Below are positions 19,926 to 34,170 of a stretch of 38,911 nt of DNA, piece after piece. The DNA lies in NCBI GenBank assembly GCA_044070495.1, contig JBIPSI010000043.1, positions 1 through 38,911 of the forward strand, written 5' to 3'. The notes under the pieces were generated by a model that was not told the DNA's origin, made no database searches, and saw only the letters and a program-made list of their open reading frames with translations. Every line of letters begins with the position of its first letter. The first letter of the stretch is position 1. Position numbers and translations under genes: made by a program. This DNA comes from Spirulina sp. GTDB lineage: Bacteria; Cyanobacteriota; Cyanobacteriia; Phormidesmidales; Phormidesmidaceae.

Positions 19926-20449
19926 TACTGACCTCCTCCTAGCATGGCAATGCTGGCATCCACCAGGCGTCGTTGAACATCCTCATTGAGGTGATGGGGT
20001 AGCTCGCGCTCAGCTTTCTCTAGGGCGAGCGCCGCAATCCGCTGCTGCAATTCCCGCATCACCTTAGTCTCTTGGGAACTGAGATCCTGGGCGGCACTGG
20101 CTCGCATCCGTTCAACATCAACCTCAGCCTGGGCTAGGATAGCCTCCTTGGTACGGGCGGCAGCCTGCTCGGCGTCGGCTAAGATCTTTTGGGCTTCCTC
20201 CTTAGCCTGAGCCAGCTTTTGCTGCTGCTCAGCTAGGGCGGTAGCGGCCTCTTGTTTGCGCTTCTCGGCTTCGGTAATCGCCTCTTCAATGGCGGAGCGG
20301 CGAGTGGATAGGGTTTTACCTAAGAACTTGCTGCCGAAATAAACCAGAACGCCAATAATGATGGCTAAATTTATTAGGTTGGTCTCAAGAATGTCGAAAT
20401 TAAGACCAAACCCTCCCTCTTCTGCTGCTAGAAACCAACCAATAGTCAT
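19925..20449 (-). CDS. atpF: Fo ATP synthase subunit b
   Basis: FGLNFDILETNLINL TM segment plus coiled coil. Confidence 0.96.
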   Translation of the reverse strand: MTIGWFLAAEEGGFGLNFDILETNLINLAIIIGVLVYFGSKFLGKTLSTRRSAIEEAITEAEKRKQEAATALAEQQQKLAQAKEEAQKILADAEQAAARTKEAILAQAEVDVERMRASAAQDLSSQETKVMRELQQRIAALALEKAERELPHHLNEDVQRRLVDASIAMLGGGQ

Positions 20450-20505
20450 ATCTTTCTTTCCGTCAACGACGCTGGCATCGTGCTTACCATGGCCTTAAGT
20501 GAGGC

Positions 20506-20988
20506 TTAGGATGCGGCACTGAGCAATTTATCCAGGATTTGACGGCTTAGACCATCTACCTGCTGCTCTAGGGAGGCCATGGCTTGGCGCTTTTGCTCGT
20601 CCAGTTCACGCTGAACTTGCTCGCGTTGGGCTTGGGCTTCCTGTTGAGCCTCAGCAATGCTTTGAGCCGCTAGTTTCTGGGCTTCTTCCTGAGCCGCTGC
20701 AATTACGGCTTGGGACTGACGACGGGTTTCCGCGAGTTCCTGCTGATAGGCTTTGGCGATTTGCTCAGCCTTGGCGAGGCGCTCAGCGGCGTCTACCTTG
20801 TTGCTGCGAATGTAGCCGTCGCGCTCATCAATGGCTTTACCCAAGGGCTTGTAGAACAAGGCATTGAGTATTACCGCCAGAAGCACAAACTGCACAGCCA
20901 TGAGGGGAAGGGTGGCGTCTAGATCAAACAGACCACCGCTCGCTTCCTCTGCGGCTTCCACAGCCAAAAACCAAACTGAATGAATCAT
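20506..20988 (-). CDS. atpF2: Fo ATP synthase subunit b' (cyanobacterial atpG)
   Basis: [17 protein letters not shown] and [12 protein letters not shown]. Confidence 0.95.
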   Translation of the reverse strand: MIHSVWFLAVEAAEEASGGLFDLDATLPLMAVQFVLLAVILNALFYKPLGKAIDERDGYIRSNKVDAAERLAKAEQIAKAYQQELAETRRQSQAVIAAAQEEAQKLAAQSIAEAQQEAQAQREQVQRELDEQKRQAMASLEQQVDGLSRQILDKLLSAAS

Positions 20989-21121
20989 GCCTCTTCGTCC
21001 CCCGCCCTATGTTGGGCGTCACTACCCAATTACATCAATATCTCGAATGCGATGTCTCGAACTTAAGCCTAGACAGCGGCGGGGAATAGGCGAAGTCGCC
21101 CGTCCCCCACGGCCTAGGACG

Positions 21122-21421
<300 letters not shown>

Positions 21422-21517
21422 TCAATAGGCGTTTCTTGTCTTGCGGCCCTCTAAGCCACTCTGCTGATGATGGCACCTGACCCATCAGCCAGCGGGTTCT
21501 GAATGCCTTTTTCAAGG

Positions 21518-22267
21518 TCACTCATGCTCTTCTCCACCGTGCCCCTCAATAGCCTCACCGATGTAGGCGGCGGCTAGGGTTGCAAAAATCAGAGCCTGAA
21601 TGGCGCTGGTAAACAACCCAAGGATCATCACTGGTAGCGGTACGAAGAGAGGTACCAGGAGAACCAGCACAGCCACCACTAGTTCGTCAGCGAGAATATT
21701 CCCGAATAGACGGAAGCTAAGGGAAAGGGGCTTGGTGAAATCTTCTAAAATGTTGATGGGCAAAAGGATCGGGGTCGGCTCAATGTATTTGGCAAAGTAT
21801 CCCAGACCACGATTGCTGAATCCGGCGTAGAAATACGCTAGGGAGGTAAGTAGGGCTAGGGCGACGGTGGTATTGATATCGTTGGTGGGAGCCGCCAATT
21901 CACCGGAGGGCAAATGGAGGAGCTTCCAAGGTACCAGCGCCCCTGACCAATTTGAGACAAAAATGAACAGGAATAGCGTACCAACGAAGGGAACCCAAGG
22001 GCGATACTCCTTTTCTCCGATTTGATTTTTAGCCAAATCTCGGATGAATTCTAAGGCGTATTCCATCAGGTTTTGTAGCCCAGAAGGTACCCGCTGAACG
22101 TTGCGAGTGGCTAACACTGACACCAGTACCAACAAACCAATCACAAACCAGGAGGTTAGGAAAACCTGCCCATGGAGCTTGAGATTACCAATTTGCCAGT
22201 AAAGATGTTGACCAACTTCTAACTTTGCCAGAGTTGAGGGATAAAACATAACCATACCCAGCGCCAT
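21518..22267 (-). CDS. atpB: Fo ATP synthase subunit a (cyanobacterial atpI); start approximate
   Basis: Motifs [17 protein letters not shown] and [15 protein letters not shown]. Confidence 0.96.
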   Translation of the reverse strand: MALGMVMFYPSTLAKLEVGQHLYWQIGNLKLHGQVFLTSWFVIGLLVLVSVLATRNVQRVPSGLQNLMEYALEFIRDLAKNQIGEKEYRPWVPFVGTLFLFIFVSNWSGALVPWKLLHLPSGELAAPTNDINTTVALALLTSLAYFYAGFSNRGLGYFAKYIEPTPILLPINILEDFTKPLSLSFRLFGNILADELVVAVLVLLVPLFVPLPVMILGLFTSAIQALIFATLAAAYIGEAIEGHGGEEHE

Positions 22268-22333
22268 CTTTACCAAACTAATTCGTACTTTCCGGGAAAC
22301 CGGAAAATTTTGAAAGCCTAGGCGACCCCGTGC

Positions 22334-22807
22334 TTAAGACTGATTCGGTAAAACCGCTGTCCAAAGTGTGTAGGCAATGAGGGCAGCTTTATAGGTCAAA
22401 AAACCTAGGAAAACCGGAACTATTTGAAGCTGCTGCCACTGCGACGCTACGAGGATTAACCCGACGACAATCGCAAGGCGACCGCTACCGATTTTTGTCT
22501 GCCCACGCCCAAGGCTGGCAACGTTTTTTGCCAACATCCTCAAGTAAACCACACCGCCGCACGCTCCAATTAAATAATTCAGAGCAATGGGCAAAGAGTA
22601 GGTGAGCCAGACGCAGAAGAAGACAACGGCACTAAAGGCAACCGTACAAATCAGCAGATTTTGCTGGAGTCGGTAATATTCTCCCATCGCGGTATCCACC
22701 GGAGGGGGAAGCATCGACTCCTCGGCTGGGTTGTTGGTTACCTGAACCGCATCACTGGTTTGCTCAGAGGAATGGGAGGCCACGAAAGCACAATCCTTAG
22801 CCGTCAA
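22334..22807 (-). CDS. atpI: ATP synthase protein I (atp1); start uncertain
   Basis: Motifs EYYRLQQNL, ALNYLIGACGGVVYLRML and FLGFLTYKAAL; first gene of the operon. Confidence 0.88.
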   Translation of the reverse strand: MTAKDCAFVASHSSEQTSDAVQVTNNPAEESMLPPPVDTAMGEYYRLQQNLLICTVAFSAVVFFCVWLTYSLPIALNYLIGACGGVVYLRMLAKNVASLGRGQTKIGSGRLAIVVGLILVASQWQQLQIVPVFLGFLTYKAALIAYTLWTAVLPNQS

Positions 22808-22904
22808 GGGGTTTGGCCCGTTGTTGCAGGCCGTAGGAGATCATATCACGGCAATAATACTTAATAGACTCCTCGCCGAGGAAATCCATGATTTTTAGGC
22901 AAAG

Positions 22905-24155
22905 CTACGCGGAAAGCTGTGGCGGCTGTAACAGGATAAGTTGTTTCTGCTGCATTTGGCGCAGGTCGCCTAGGCTGGCGGCGGTGCGGCTGAGCAAGTC
23001 TGCAACGGTCAACATCGTTTTGGTTGCAGGCGAATTGATCACTGTAGGGTCACTAGATTGTTCGCAGGCAGACAACACCTCGAACTCAACGGGGGAGAGC
23101 GTGATGAACTGGTAGTTGTGATCAAAGATGCTCTGACTAGGCCAGCCCTCCATGCAGGGATTGCGGAAGGGATGGGCGGCAAGTAGGACGTCGTCCTGCT
23201 GCCAGTCCTGTTTAACCAGCGGCGGTTTGGCTAGGAACCATTCAAAATGGGTGATTTCTGGATCTAACAGTTCTATCAAACGATATTGATCGGTTTGCGA
23301 CAACTGCTTGGCCCGTTGGAGCAGGTCGGGGTTGCTCCCTACCAGGCGATCTAGCTGCCAGATGTGGGGATTGGAAAAGCCCACGAACTCCAAGCCAGAG
23401 GCGTTGATCAAGGTGAATAAGGTATCGAGGGTGTAGTCCACCTCCTGGGGATGGACGTACATATCCGCAAAGCATTCGTCCCGCTGATTTTCCAGCGCCC
23501 AGCGATCTTTCTCTCGCTGCTTGAGGCGATTGCCCTCTGGCAGACTGGCAAAGATCTGTCGTCCAACGCTGACGCCATCCCGGTAATCTCCCCGCCGCCC
23601 CCCCTGCACCAGGGCAATGGCCCGCTGCATGAGGGAAATTTCCCAGCGACCGATGGCGGCATAGACAAAGACATGGAGAAATCCGCCAGGAGCCAGTTTG
23701 GCGGCGAGGGATTGGATGCCGCGCACGGGATCCGGCATGTGGTGGAGAACGCCGACGCAGTTGATCCAGTCAAAGGTGCCTTCTAACTGATCGGCGTCGT
23801 AGATGCTGAGGTGACGGAACTGGACATTGGTGGCCCCAGATCGCCGACATCGTTCTTGGGCCGTGGCTAACGCGCCCTCGCTGAGGTCAATCCCTAAGAC
23901 ATCGGCCTGGGGGTTGAGGTGGCTCAGGTATTCTGTGCTGACCCCCGTGCCACAGCCTGCGTCTAGGACTCTGACCTGAGATTGGGCCGGAGCGGATCCG
24001 GTACAAAAGCTGTGGACGGTGGGCCAGTACCAGCGCCAGTTATACCCAGGGGGCGGTTCATCTAGGATCGGCTCAGGGGGAAAGGGGTAGGTATTGTACA
24101 GGCGGGCGACGGCATCGCTAACGGACTGAACCGGGCTGGACTGAGGGGTATTCAT
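22905..24155 (-). CDS. Class I SAM-dependent methyltransferase
   Basis: Motif I VLDAGCGTG, FDWINCVGVLHH and LAPGG. Confidence 0.9.
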   Translation of the reverse strand: MNTPQSSPVQSVSDAVARLYNTYPFPPEPILDEPPPGYNWRWYWPTVHSFCTGSAPAQSQVRVLDAGCGTGVSTEYLSHLNPQADVLGIDLSEGALATAQERCRRSGATNVQFRHLSIYDADQLEGTFDWINCVGVLHHMPDPVRGIQSLAAKLAPGGFLHVFVYAAIGRWEISLMQRAIALVQGGRRGDYRDGVSVGRQIFASLPEGNRLKQREKDRWALENQRDECFADMYVHPQEVDYTLDTLFTLINASGLEFVGFSNPHIWQLDRLVGSNPDLLQRAKQLSQTDQYRLIELLDPEITHFEWFLAKPPLVKQDWQQDDVLLAAHPFRNPCMEGWPSQSIFDHNYQFITLSPVEFEVLSACEQSSDPTVINSPATKTMLTVADLLSRTAASLGDLRQMQQKQLILLQPPQLSA

Positions 24156-24479
24156 CACGAAACGTTACAAAACTTAGAGGTCTTCTCAGGGGGGAGTGGC
24201 CATCCTCTATGATGACCGAAGACCTTTCTCGAACGGGATGTTACACAGTTCTTAACAAGCTGTGTTGCGGTTCTGAAACGGTTTAATCTGAATCCAGGTT
24301 AGGTTACGAACCTGTTTCGGCTTGATGTCGATCAGTTGAGATTGATTAGAAACAGTCGATAACGGATTTGCCCCCAGTAGGTTAAGTTTCTTTGCCCCCC
24401 TAGGGCCAAGCCTCTAAGCCTGCGTACGGGACGCCTTAGTCTTATAAATGCAGTGATTGTCCGCATAGGGAGCCTTTGA

Positions 24480-27719
<3,240 letters not shown>

Positions 27720-27725
27720 CCTGAC

Positions 27726-27789
27726 TGAGATCTGAAGTGAGAATCTGGAGGAGAAAGGCTTCATTGTGAGTCATCGACTCCAGATCTCA
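27726..27789 (+). other. Stem-loop immediately 3' of apcE
   Basis: TGAGATCTGAAGT / ACTCCAGATCTCA, 12/13 complementary. Confidence 0.5.
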
Positions 27790-28146
27790 ACCTCAACTCA
27801 GCCGGATCTCTTGGATCCAATCCTTGGCAGATTTGCAACGGAATATTAAGCATGGCCGCCGGATTGTCTTAATCTAGGCGGTTGTGTCTGTGATAACTTC
27901 CATGACTCTGCCTGAAACCCTAGCGGGACAGGCATTTAGAAACCTGAGGAAGACTATTACAAAATATTGCGTTGTCTTTAAGAAGGGGATCACAATCCCT
28001 GACAATGATTCGGGAAGGATACTGAGCCTTTGAGGATTCTCGCTGAACTCGACAGTGCTGCGGTGGCACCCTCGCTCGCTCAGTCCATTGGCCCGTCAAT
28101 GCCAGTTTGATAAACATCTGGTTATATCTTTCGGAGGAATCCATCA

Positions 28147-28632
28147 ATGAGTATTGTCACGAAGTCAATCGTGAATGCTGACGCTGAGGCCCGTTACCTC
28201 AGCCCCGGCGAACTGGATCGGATCAAGGGTTTTGTCACCTCTGGTGAGCGTCGTCTGCGGATTGCTCAAGTGCTGACCGAATCCCGTGAGCGCATCGTGA
28301 AAGAAGCTGGCAACCAGCTCTTCCAAAAGCGCCCTGACGTGGTGTCTCCCGGTGGCAACGCCTACGGCGAGGAAATGACCGCCACCTGCCTGCGCGACAT
28401 GGACTACTACCTGCGTCTAATCACCTACGGCGTGGTCGCTGGTGATGTGACCCCCATCGAAGAAATCGGTCTAGTGGGCGTGCGCGAGATGTACAACTCC
28501 CTGGGCACCCCCATCCCCGCTGTGGCTGAAGCTGTACGTTCCATGAAGGCTGTGGCAACCGGGCTGCTGTCCAGCGATGATGCCGCTGAAGCCGCCTCCT
28601 ACTTCGACTATGTTGTCGGCGCGATGCAGTAA
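28147..28632 (+). CDS. apcA: Allophycocyanin alpha subunit
   Basis: [17 protein letters not shown] and TATCLRD. Confidence 0.99.
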   Translation: MSIVTKSIVNADAEARYLSPGELDRIKGFVTSGERRLRIAQVLTESRERIVKEAGNQLFQKRPDVVSPGGNAYGEEMTATCLRDMDYYLRLITYGVVAGDVTPIEEIGLVGVREMYNSLGTPIPAVAEAVRSMKAVATGLLSSDDAAEAASYFDYVVGAMQ

Positions 28633-28696
28633 TTGCCTCGGCACTACATCATCGATTCGTTGTTGAGAAAACGTCAGTTCTAAGGAAGCTTCACCC

Positions 28697-29182
28697 ATGC
28701 AAGATGCAATTACCGCTGTTATCAATTCCTCTGATGTGAAGGGTCAGTACCTCGATGGTTCCGCCCTGGATAAGCTGAAGGCTTACTTCCAGACCGGTGA
28801 ACTGCGGGTTCGCGCCGCCTCCACCATCAGCGCCAACGCCGCTGAAATCGTGAAGGAAGCTGTGGCCAAGTCCCTGCTGTACTCCGACATCACCCGTCCC
28901 GGTGGCAACATGTACACCACCCGTCGCTATGCGGCTTGCATCCGCGACCTCGACTACTACCTCCGGTACGCCACCTACGCCATGCTGGCTGGGGATCCCT
29001 CCATCCTGGATGAGCGCGTGCTGAACGGCCTGAAAGAAACCTACAACTCCCTGGGCGTGCCCATCGGTGCTACCGTGAACGCCATCCAAGCCATGAAAGA
29101 AGTGACCGCTAGCCTGGTGGGCGCTGACGCTGGTAAGGAAATGGGCGTGTACTTCGACTACATCAGCTCTGGCTTGAGCTAA
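28697..29182 (+). CDS. apcB: Allophycocyanin beta subunit
   Basis: [10 protein letters not shown] and [17 protein letters not shown]. Confidence 0.99.
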   Translation: MQDAITAVINSSDVKGQYLDGSALDKLKAYFQTGELRVRAASTISANAAEIVKEAVAKSLLYSDITRPGGNMYTTRRYAACIRDLDYYLRYATYAMLAGDPSILDERVLNGLKETYNSLGVPIGATVNAIQAMKEVTASLVGADAGKEMGVYFDYISSGLS

Positions 29183-29234
29183 GCCTCAATCCTGGTGTAA
29201 GCCCTTATCCCCTAGGGTAATAGGGTAGTCACAG

Positions 29235-29322
29235 GCCAGAGTCAGGAGCGAGTGTTTGGACAATGGGTTAGGCTGTGTTGTCTTCCTGGTGTCCCTAGCA
29301 TTGGCTTTCGACTCTGGCTTTT
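29235..29322 (+). terminator. apcB-apcC intergenic long stem-loop (terminator or stability element)
   Basis: GCCAGAGTC...GACTCTGGC followed by TTTT. Confidence 0.6.
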
Positions 29323-29384
29323 CAGTAGGGTTAGCCTAACCTTAAGTTCTGTAGTCCAGCGAGATCGTAGGAGAACGTTTTACC

Positions 29385-29588
29385 ATGCGCATGTTTAAGA
29401 TTACGGCCTGCGTGCCCAGCCAAAGCCGCATTCGCACCCAGCGCGAACTGCAAAATACCTTTTTTACCAAGCTCGTGCCCTACGAAAATTGGTTTCGTGA
29501 GCAGCAGCGTATTCAAAAAATGGGCGGCAAGATCGTCAAAGTTGAGCTGGCCACGGGTCGTCAAGGCACCAACACGGGCCTGCTATAG
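29385..29588 (+). CDS. apcC: Phycobilisome small core linker Lc7.8
   Basis: MRMFKITACVPSQSRIRTQRELQNT. Confidence 0.98.
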   Translation: MRMFKITACVPSQSRIRTQRELQNTFFTKLVPYENWFREQQRIQKMGGKIVKVELATGRQGTNTGLL

Positions 29589-29663
29589 ACCAACGCGTTT
29601 CCTTTTGGGGAGCGTTATTGTTGGCGGCTGGGATCATCTCAAGAATACTAGCTCTCAAGTCTT

Positions 29664-29712
29664 AAACCTCTCGGTAGCCCATGAATGATGGGGCACAGCC
29701 GAGAGGTTTTTC
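29664..29712 (+). terminator. Rho-independent terminator after apcC
   Basis: AAACCTCTCGG...CCGAGAGGTTT followed by Ts. Confidence 0.75.
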
Positions 29713-29753
29713 ACGTTTCTCTTTCTGGTGAGCGGGATTAGTCAACTCTGGGT

Positions 29754-29781
29754 GGTGCATTGCTGTGCGAATGCACCCTAC
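29754..29781 (-). repeat. GTAG-family REP-like palindrome
   Basis: Minus strand reads GTAG-GGTGCATT-CGCACAGC-AATGCACC. Confidence 0.7.
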
Positions 29782-29843
29782 ACATTGACTTGGATGTGCT
29801 GCTACTTGACCTACTTTGGACATGGGTCAAACCGTCTGCTGAA

Positions 29844-30155
29844 CTATTGTTCCTGCATGAGGCGGAGATAGTTTTGCTTGAGCTGCACATGGCTGGCACT
29901 CAATCGATCTGAGAGATTCTTTTCGGCTTCAGAAACCTGCTGCCAGAATTGGGAAGACCGCTGAGAGGAAATGTAGGCATGCCAAAGTTGCGTGAAGAGG
30001 GCGATGGCTTCGGGGCTTTGGTCTTGAAGATCCGCCACGATGGCCTGGATAACTTGACTGGCCTCTCCATGGGTTTCAACGGTTTGCGCCAAATCTAAAG
30101 CCGACTGGAGTCGGGTGGCCAAGTCAGCCGTTGAAGGATTATTTGCGGAAGTCAT
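29844..30155 (-). CDS. Hypothetical protein (103 aa)
   Basis: ATG at 30155 avoids overlap with trpS. Helical; ends QLKQNYLRLMQEQ. Confidence 0.75.
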   Translation of the reverse strand: MTSANNPSTADLATRLQSALDLAQTVETHGEASQVIQAIVADLQDQSPEAIALFTQLWHAYISSQRSSQFWQQVSEAEKNLSDRLSASHVQLKQNYLRLMQEQ

Positions 30156-30357
30156 GGCAAAACCTGGGCAGGGTGGGCATACAGGAGCGAAACCTAGCCC
30201 TAAGGACTGCAACGGAAATGCTCTTGCTGTCATAAATCTAAATAATTTGCGGAGATTCAGCAAGGCGAGGGCCAAAGAGTGGTGTAGATTCGTAAAGGGT
30301 CTAGCTGAGAAAGGCTCTATCCCGGTCGTCTTTACGTTGCTCTCCGTCTTTATCGCT

Positions 30358-31368
30358 ATGGCCAAACAGCGCATCCTTTCGGGCATTCAACCCACGGGTA
30401 ATTTGCACCTGGGCAACTATCTCGGTGCGATTCGTAACTGGGTTGATCTACAGGACGAGTACGATGCCTTCCTGTTTATGGCCGATCTCCATGCGATCAC
30501 GGTGCCCCACGATCCGGCGCAGTTAGCTGAAAATACCTACAAAGTGGCGGCGACCTATCTCGCCTGCGGTATTGACCCTCAAAAGTCTACGATTTTTGTG
30601 CAGTCTCATCTGTCGGCCCACGCGGAACTGGCCTGGTTATTCAACTGCATTACGCCCCTGAATTGGCTAGAGCGGATGATTCAGTTCAAAGAGAAAGCCG
30701 TGAAGCAGGGGGAAAATGTCAGCATTGGACTCCTGGACTATCCCGTTTTGCAAGCGGCGGATATTTTGCTGTATGAGCCGGATTTGGTGCCCGTGGGCGA
30801 AGACCAAAAGCAGCACCTTGAACTCACCCGCGACATTGCTAACCGCCTCAACTTTCAGTACGGCAGCGAGGAAAACCCCGTCCTCAAAGTACCTGAACCG
30901 ATGATTCGGGAGGCGGGCGCTAGGGTGATGAGCTTGACCGATGGCACGAAGAAAATGTCGAAGTCGGATCCGTCAGAGCAAAGCCGCATTGATTTGACTG
31001 ATCCCCCGGACGTGATTACCAAAAAAATCAAGCGCGCCAAAACCGATCCTGAACGGGGTCTCTGGTTTGATGATCCGGCCCGACCTGAGTGCCACAATTT
31101 GCTGAGTCTGTATATGATCCTGTCGGGCCAAACGAAGGAAGCGGTTGCCGCCGAATGTCGGGAGATGGGCTGGGGGCAGTTTAAGCCGCTGCTCGCCGAA
31201 ACCGCCGTGGCAGCGTTGGCTCCGATTCAAGACAAATTCAATGCCTTGATGGCGGATCGGGGCTACCTGGAATCCATCCTCAAGGCTGGGGATGAGAAGG
31301 CGGCGGCGGTGGCGAACCCCACCCTGGCCAAGGTGAAACAGGCGCTCGGCTTTTCCGTTGCCCCCTAG
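30358..31368 (+). CDS. trpS: Tryptophan--tRNA ligase
   Basis: Motifs SGIQPTG, HLGN, VPVGEDQ and KMSKS. ATG at 30358. Confidence 0.97.
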   Translation: MAKQRILSGIQPTGNLHLGNYLGAIRNWVDLQDEYDAFLFMADLHAITVPHDPAQLAENTYKVAATYLACGIDPQKSTIFVQSHLSAHAELAWLFNCITPLNWLERMIQFKEKAVKQGENVSIGLLDYPVLQAADILLYEPDLVPVGEDQKQHLELTRDIANRLNFQYGSEENPVLKVPEPMIREAGARVMSLTDGTKKMSKSDPSEQSRIDLTDPPDVITKKIKRAKTDPERGLWFDDPARPECHNLLSLYMILSGQTKEAVAAECREMGWGQFKPLLAETAVAALAPIQDKFNALMADRGYLESILKAGDEKAAAVANPTLAKVKQALGFSVAP

Positions 31369-31464
31369 GGCCGGGGATCAATGCGGGTAGCGGCTTTCCT
31401 GTGGGGGCAACCAGCAGGCTATACTAGCCAAACGTATGTTGACATTGCCACTGAGGAGATCGGG

Positions 31465-32454
31465 TTGACTGCTGCACCCTTAGGTTATCGTCTCCAATCC
31501 GCTGCCCAGGCGGGGGACTTTTTAGTGACCGCTGAGGTTATGCCGCCCAAGGGATCCGATCCCAGCCACATGCTGGAGATGGCGCGACTCCTGAAAGGTC
31601 GGGTTCACGCGGTGAATGTGACCGATGGCAGCCGTGCTGTGATGCGAATGTCTTCTCTAGCCGCCTCCGTATTGCTTCAGCAGGAAGGTATTGAGGCGGT
31701 GTACCAGGTGGCCTGTCGCGACCGTAACCGCATTGCCCTTCAGGCCGATCTCCTGGGTGCCCAGGCGCTCGGTCTACGTAACGTCCTCGCGCTGACGGGG
31801 GATCCGGTAAAGGCGGGCGACCATCCCGACGCTCGGCCCGTCTTTGACTTAGAATCGGTGCGACTGTTGCGGCTGATTCACCAACTCAACAGCGGCGAAG
31901 ATAGCCACGGCAAACCCCTCACCGATGGCGCACTCAATCTCTTTGCGGGGGCAGCGGTGGATCCGCAGTCTGCCAGTTGGTCGGGGTTACAGCGTCGGTT
32001 TGAGGCCAAGGTTAAGGCGGGGGCGGCGTTCTTCCAAAGCCAGCTGATCACCGACTTTGATCGGCTCCACAAATTTATGGATCAGATTGCAACGGGTTCG
32101 GGTCGGCCCGTTTTGGCGGGGATCTTTTTGCTAAAGTCGGCCAAAAATGCCCAGTTCATTAACCGCAATGTGCCGGGGGCTAAAATCCCAGAAACCATCA
32201 TTCAACGGCTCGCCGAAGCCCAGGATCCCCTGCAAGAGGGCATTCAAATCGCGGCAGAACAAGTGCAGGCGGCTCGCCAAATCTGCCAAGGGGTACACCT
32301 GATGGCGGTGCGTCGAGAAGACCTGATTCCTCAAATCTTGGAACGTGGCGGGATCGCCCCCCTCGATCCCTTGGAGATTCTGCGACCAGGACAGGATCCC
32401 GTGACCAGCTTAGGCCGCAAGAATGGCAGCAAAGACCGCCCAGTAGAGGTATAA
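31465..32454 (+). CDS. metF: Methylenetetrahydrofolate reductase; start inferred
   Basis: Motifs TAEVMPPKG, NVTDG, CRDRNR, LALTGDP and FFQSQ. TTG at 31465 follows GAGGAG. Confidence 0.88.
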   Translation: MTAAPLGYRLQSAAQAGDFLVTAEVMPPKGSDPSHMLEMARLLKGRVHAVNVTDGSRAVMRMSSLAASVLLQQEGIEAVYQVACRDRNRIALQADLLGAQALGLRNVLALTGDPVKAGDHPDARPVFDLESVRLLRLIHQLNSGEDSHGKPLTDGALNLFAGAAVDPQSASWSGLQRRFEAKVKAGAAFFQSQLITDFDRLHKFMDQIATGSGRPVLAGIFLLKSAKNAQFINRNVPGAKIPETIIQRLAEAQDPLQEGIQIAAEQVQAARQICQGVHLMAVRREDLIPQILERGGIAPLDPLEILRPGQDPVTSLGRKNGSKDRPVEV

Positions 32455-32518
32455 CCGACCACTGGACAGCTTTGCGGGCGATACGCTGACCTAGGTTGTA
32501 GGCTCTGTTTTCCCTAGC

Positions 32519-33991
32519 CTAGGGTGTCGCTAGGGCGTTGGCCCAGTCCTTGGCCCAGCTTAGATGTCGGTGAACCTCCTCTAGGGTTTGGGCTTCGCTG
32601 TAGAGGCGCAGCACAGGTTCGGTACCGCTAAAGCGAATCAGCAGCCAGCTCTCATCCGCTAGGGTCAGCTTATAGCCATCGATGGCGAGGATATCTTTCA
32701 CGGCTTTGCCAGCGACTTCCTTGGGGGGATCCGTGGCAAGTTGGTTCAGCAGCTTGGCCTGCACCTCCATGCTGGCTAGGGGTAGATCGATGCGGTCGTA
32801 CTCAGAAAAATAGCCCGTTTTTTCCTGAAGTTGGCGATAGTAGTCGCTGAGATCAAGACCCGACATCACCACGGCTTCTAGGACGTAAAGGGCGGACATG
32901 AGGGCATCTCGCTCAGGAATATGATGGCCATAGCCAATGCCACCAGACTCCTCGCCGCCGAGCAGCACTTGGGCCTCTTGCATCCGATCAGCAATGTACT
33001 TGTAGCCCACGGGGGTTTGGTGAAGGGCTAGCCCATGCAGTTGAGCTACGGCGGGGATCAGGTTAGACCCGCTGATCGTTTTGACGATTTCACCACTGTA
33101 GTTGCGGCGGGATTTGAGGTGGTCAATGAGGATAGGAATGAGAATTTGAGAGCTGAGAAATTGGCCATTGCCATCCACGGCGGCGATTCGATCACTGTCG
33201 CCATCGAACACCAGCCCAACCTTGAGACCACCCTGGGGAGCGGGATCTTCTTTCACCGTAGCGAGGAGTTCCCCCAGGTACTTGGGTAGGGGTTCCGGCG
33301 GATTGCCTCCAAACAGTGGGTCGGCGTGGCGATGCAGTTCGTGAACGCTCTCGGCCCCTAAAAGTCGAGGCAACCCTCCGGCAGCGGATCCATACATGAC
33401 ATCAGCAAAAACCGTCAGCTTGCCGCTGGAAATGGCTCCCTGGATCGCAGGGATATTGACTTCGGACTGGAGGGTAGCGCAGTAGTCAGGCCAGGGATCA
33501 AAACTGCTGATTTGCCCCTTGGAGCCAATGGGGGATGGGGGATAGGGCAACAGCGCCTCCACCTGTTGGGTAACCTCTGGCGAGACCGATCCACCAAAGG
33601 CTCCTTTAATTTTGAGCCCGGAGTAGGCAGGGGGGTTGTGGCTGGCGGTAATGACGATGGCCCCTAGGAGGTTACGATGCTTGGCCGCGAAGCTGAAGGC
33701 TGGGGTAGGGGCGTAGTCTTGGGAAAGGATGACGTCAAAGCCCTGGGTGGCAATCGCTTCAGCGGCAGTACGGGCAAATTCGGCGGATAGGAATCGACGG
33801 TCATATCCCACCGCAATGGTACGGCTACCCGTGGTCTCTCCAAAGCAGCGCTGGAGTACGTGGGCAGACACTGCGGCCACCTGGGCCACCCGCTCGAAGG
33901 TAAAATCGGCGGCGATAATGCCGCGCCAGCCATCGGTGCCAAACTTGATGGGCTTCGGGGTCGCTGAAATGGGGCCAGAGGACGCTGCCAT
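32519..33991 (-). CDS. Phosphoglucomutase/phosphomannomutase family protein
   Basis: Motifs FGTDGWRG, TASHNP, FDGDSDR, GEESGG and RFSGTEP. Confidence 0.95.
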   Translation of the reverse strand: MAASSGPISATPKPIKFGTDGWRGIIAADFTFERVAQVAAVSAHVLQRCFGETTGSRTIAVGYDRRFLSAEFARTAAEAIATQGFDVILSQDYAPTPAFSFAAKHRNLLGAIVITASHNPPAYSGLKIKGAFGGSVSPEVTQQVEALLPYPPSPIGSKGQISSFDPWPDYCATLQSEVNIPAIQGAISSGKLTVFADVMYGSAAGGLPRLLGAESVHELHRHADPLFGGNPPEPLPKYLGELLATVKEDPAPQGGLKVGLVFDGDSDRIAAVDGNGQFLSSQILIPILIDHLKSRRNYSGEIVKTISGSNLIPAVAQLHGLALHQTPVGYKYIADRMQEAQVLLGGEESGGIGYGHHIPERDALMSALYVLEAVVMSGLDLSDYYRQLQEKTGYFSEYDRIDLPLASMEVQAKLLNQLATDPPKEVAGKAVKDILAIDGYKLTLADESWLLIRFSGTEPVLRLYSEAQTLEEVHRHLSWAKDWANALATP

Positions 33992-34170
33992 AACCTACGC
34001 TCTTAACAATGGTGGGACGGGAAAAGTTGGTCTGTCTGAGTTTACCCATTGCTTCGACCCTGTGAACAGACTCGGTGAGCCGAAGATCAAGTTTTCATCC
34101 TGGGGTAAGCCTTGCTAAAGGTTTCACAAAGCCTCTACGGTTTACAGGGGAGCCCATCGCCGCGACGGCC

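Noticed and set aside
30115..30386. Apparent overlap of extended trpS (417 aa) and the 180-aa minus-strand ORF
   Set aside because: The better starts are 30358 and 30155, which leave a normal divergent intergenic region.
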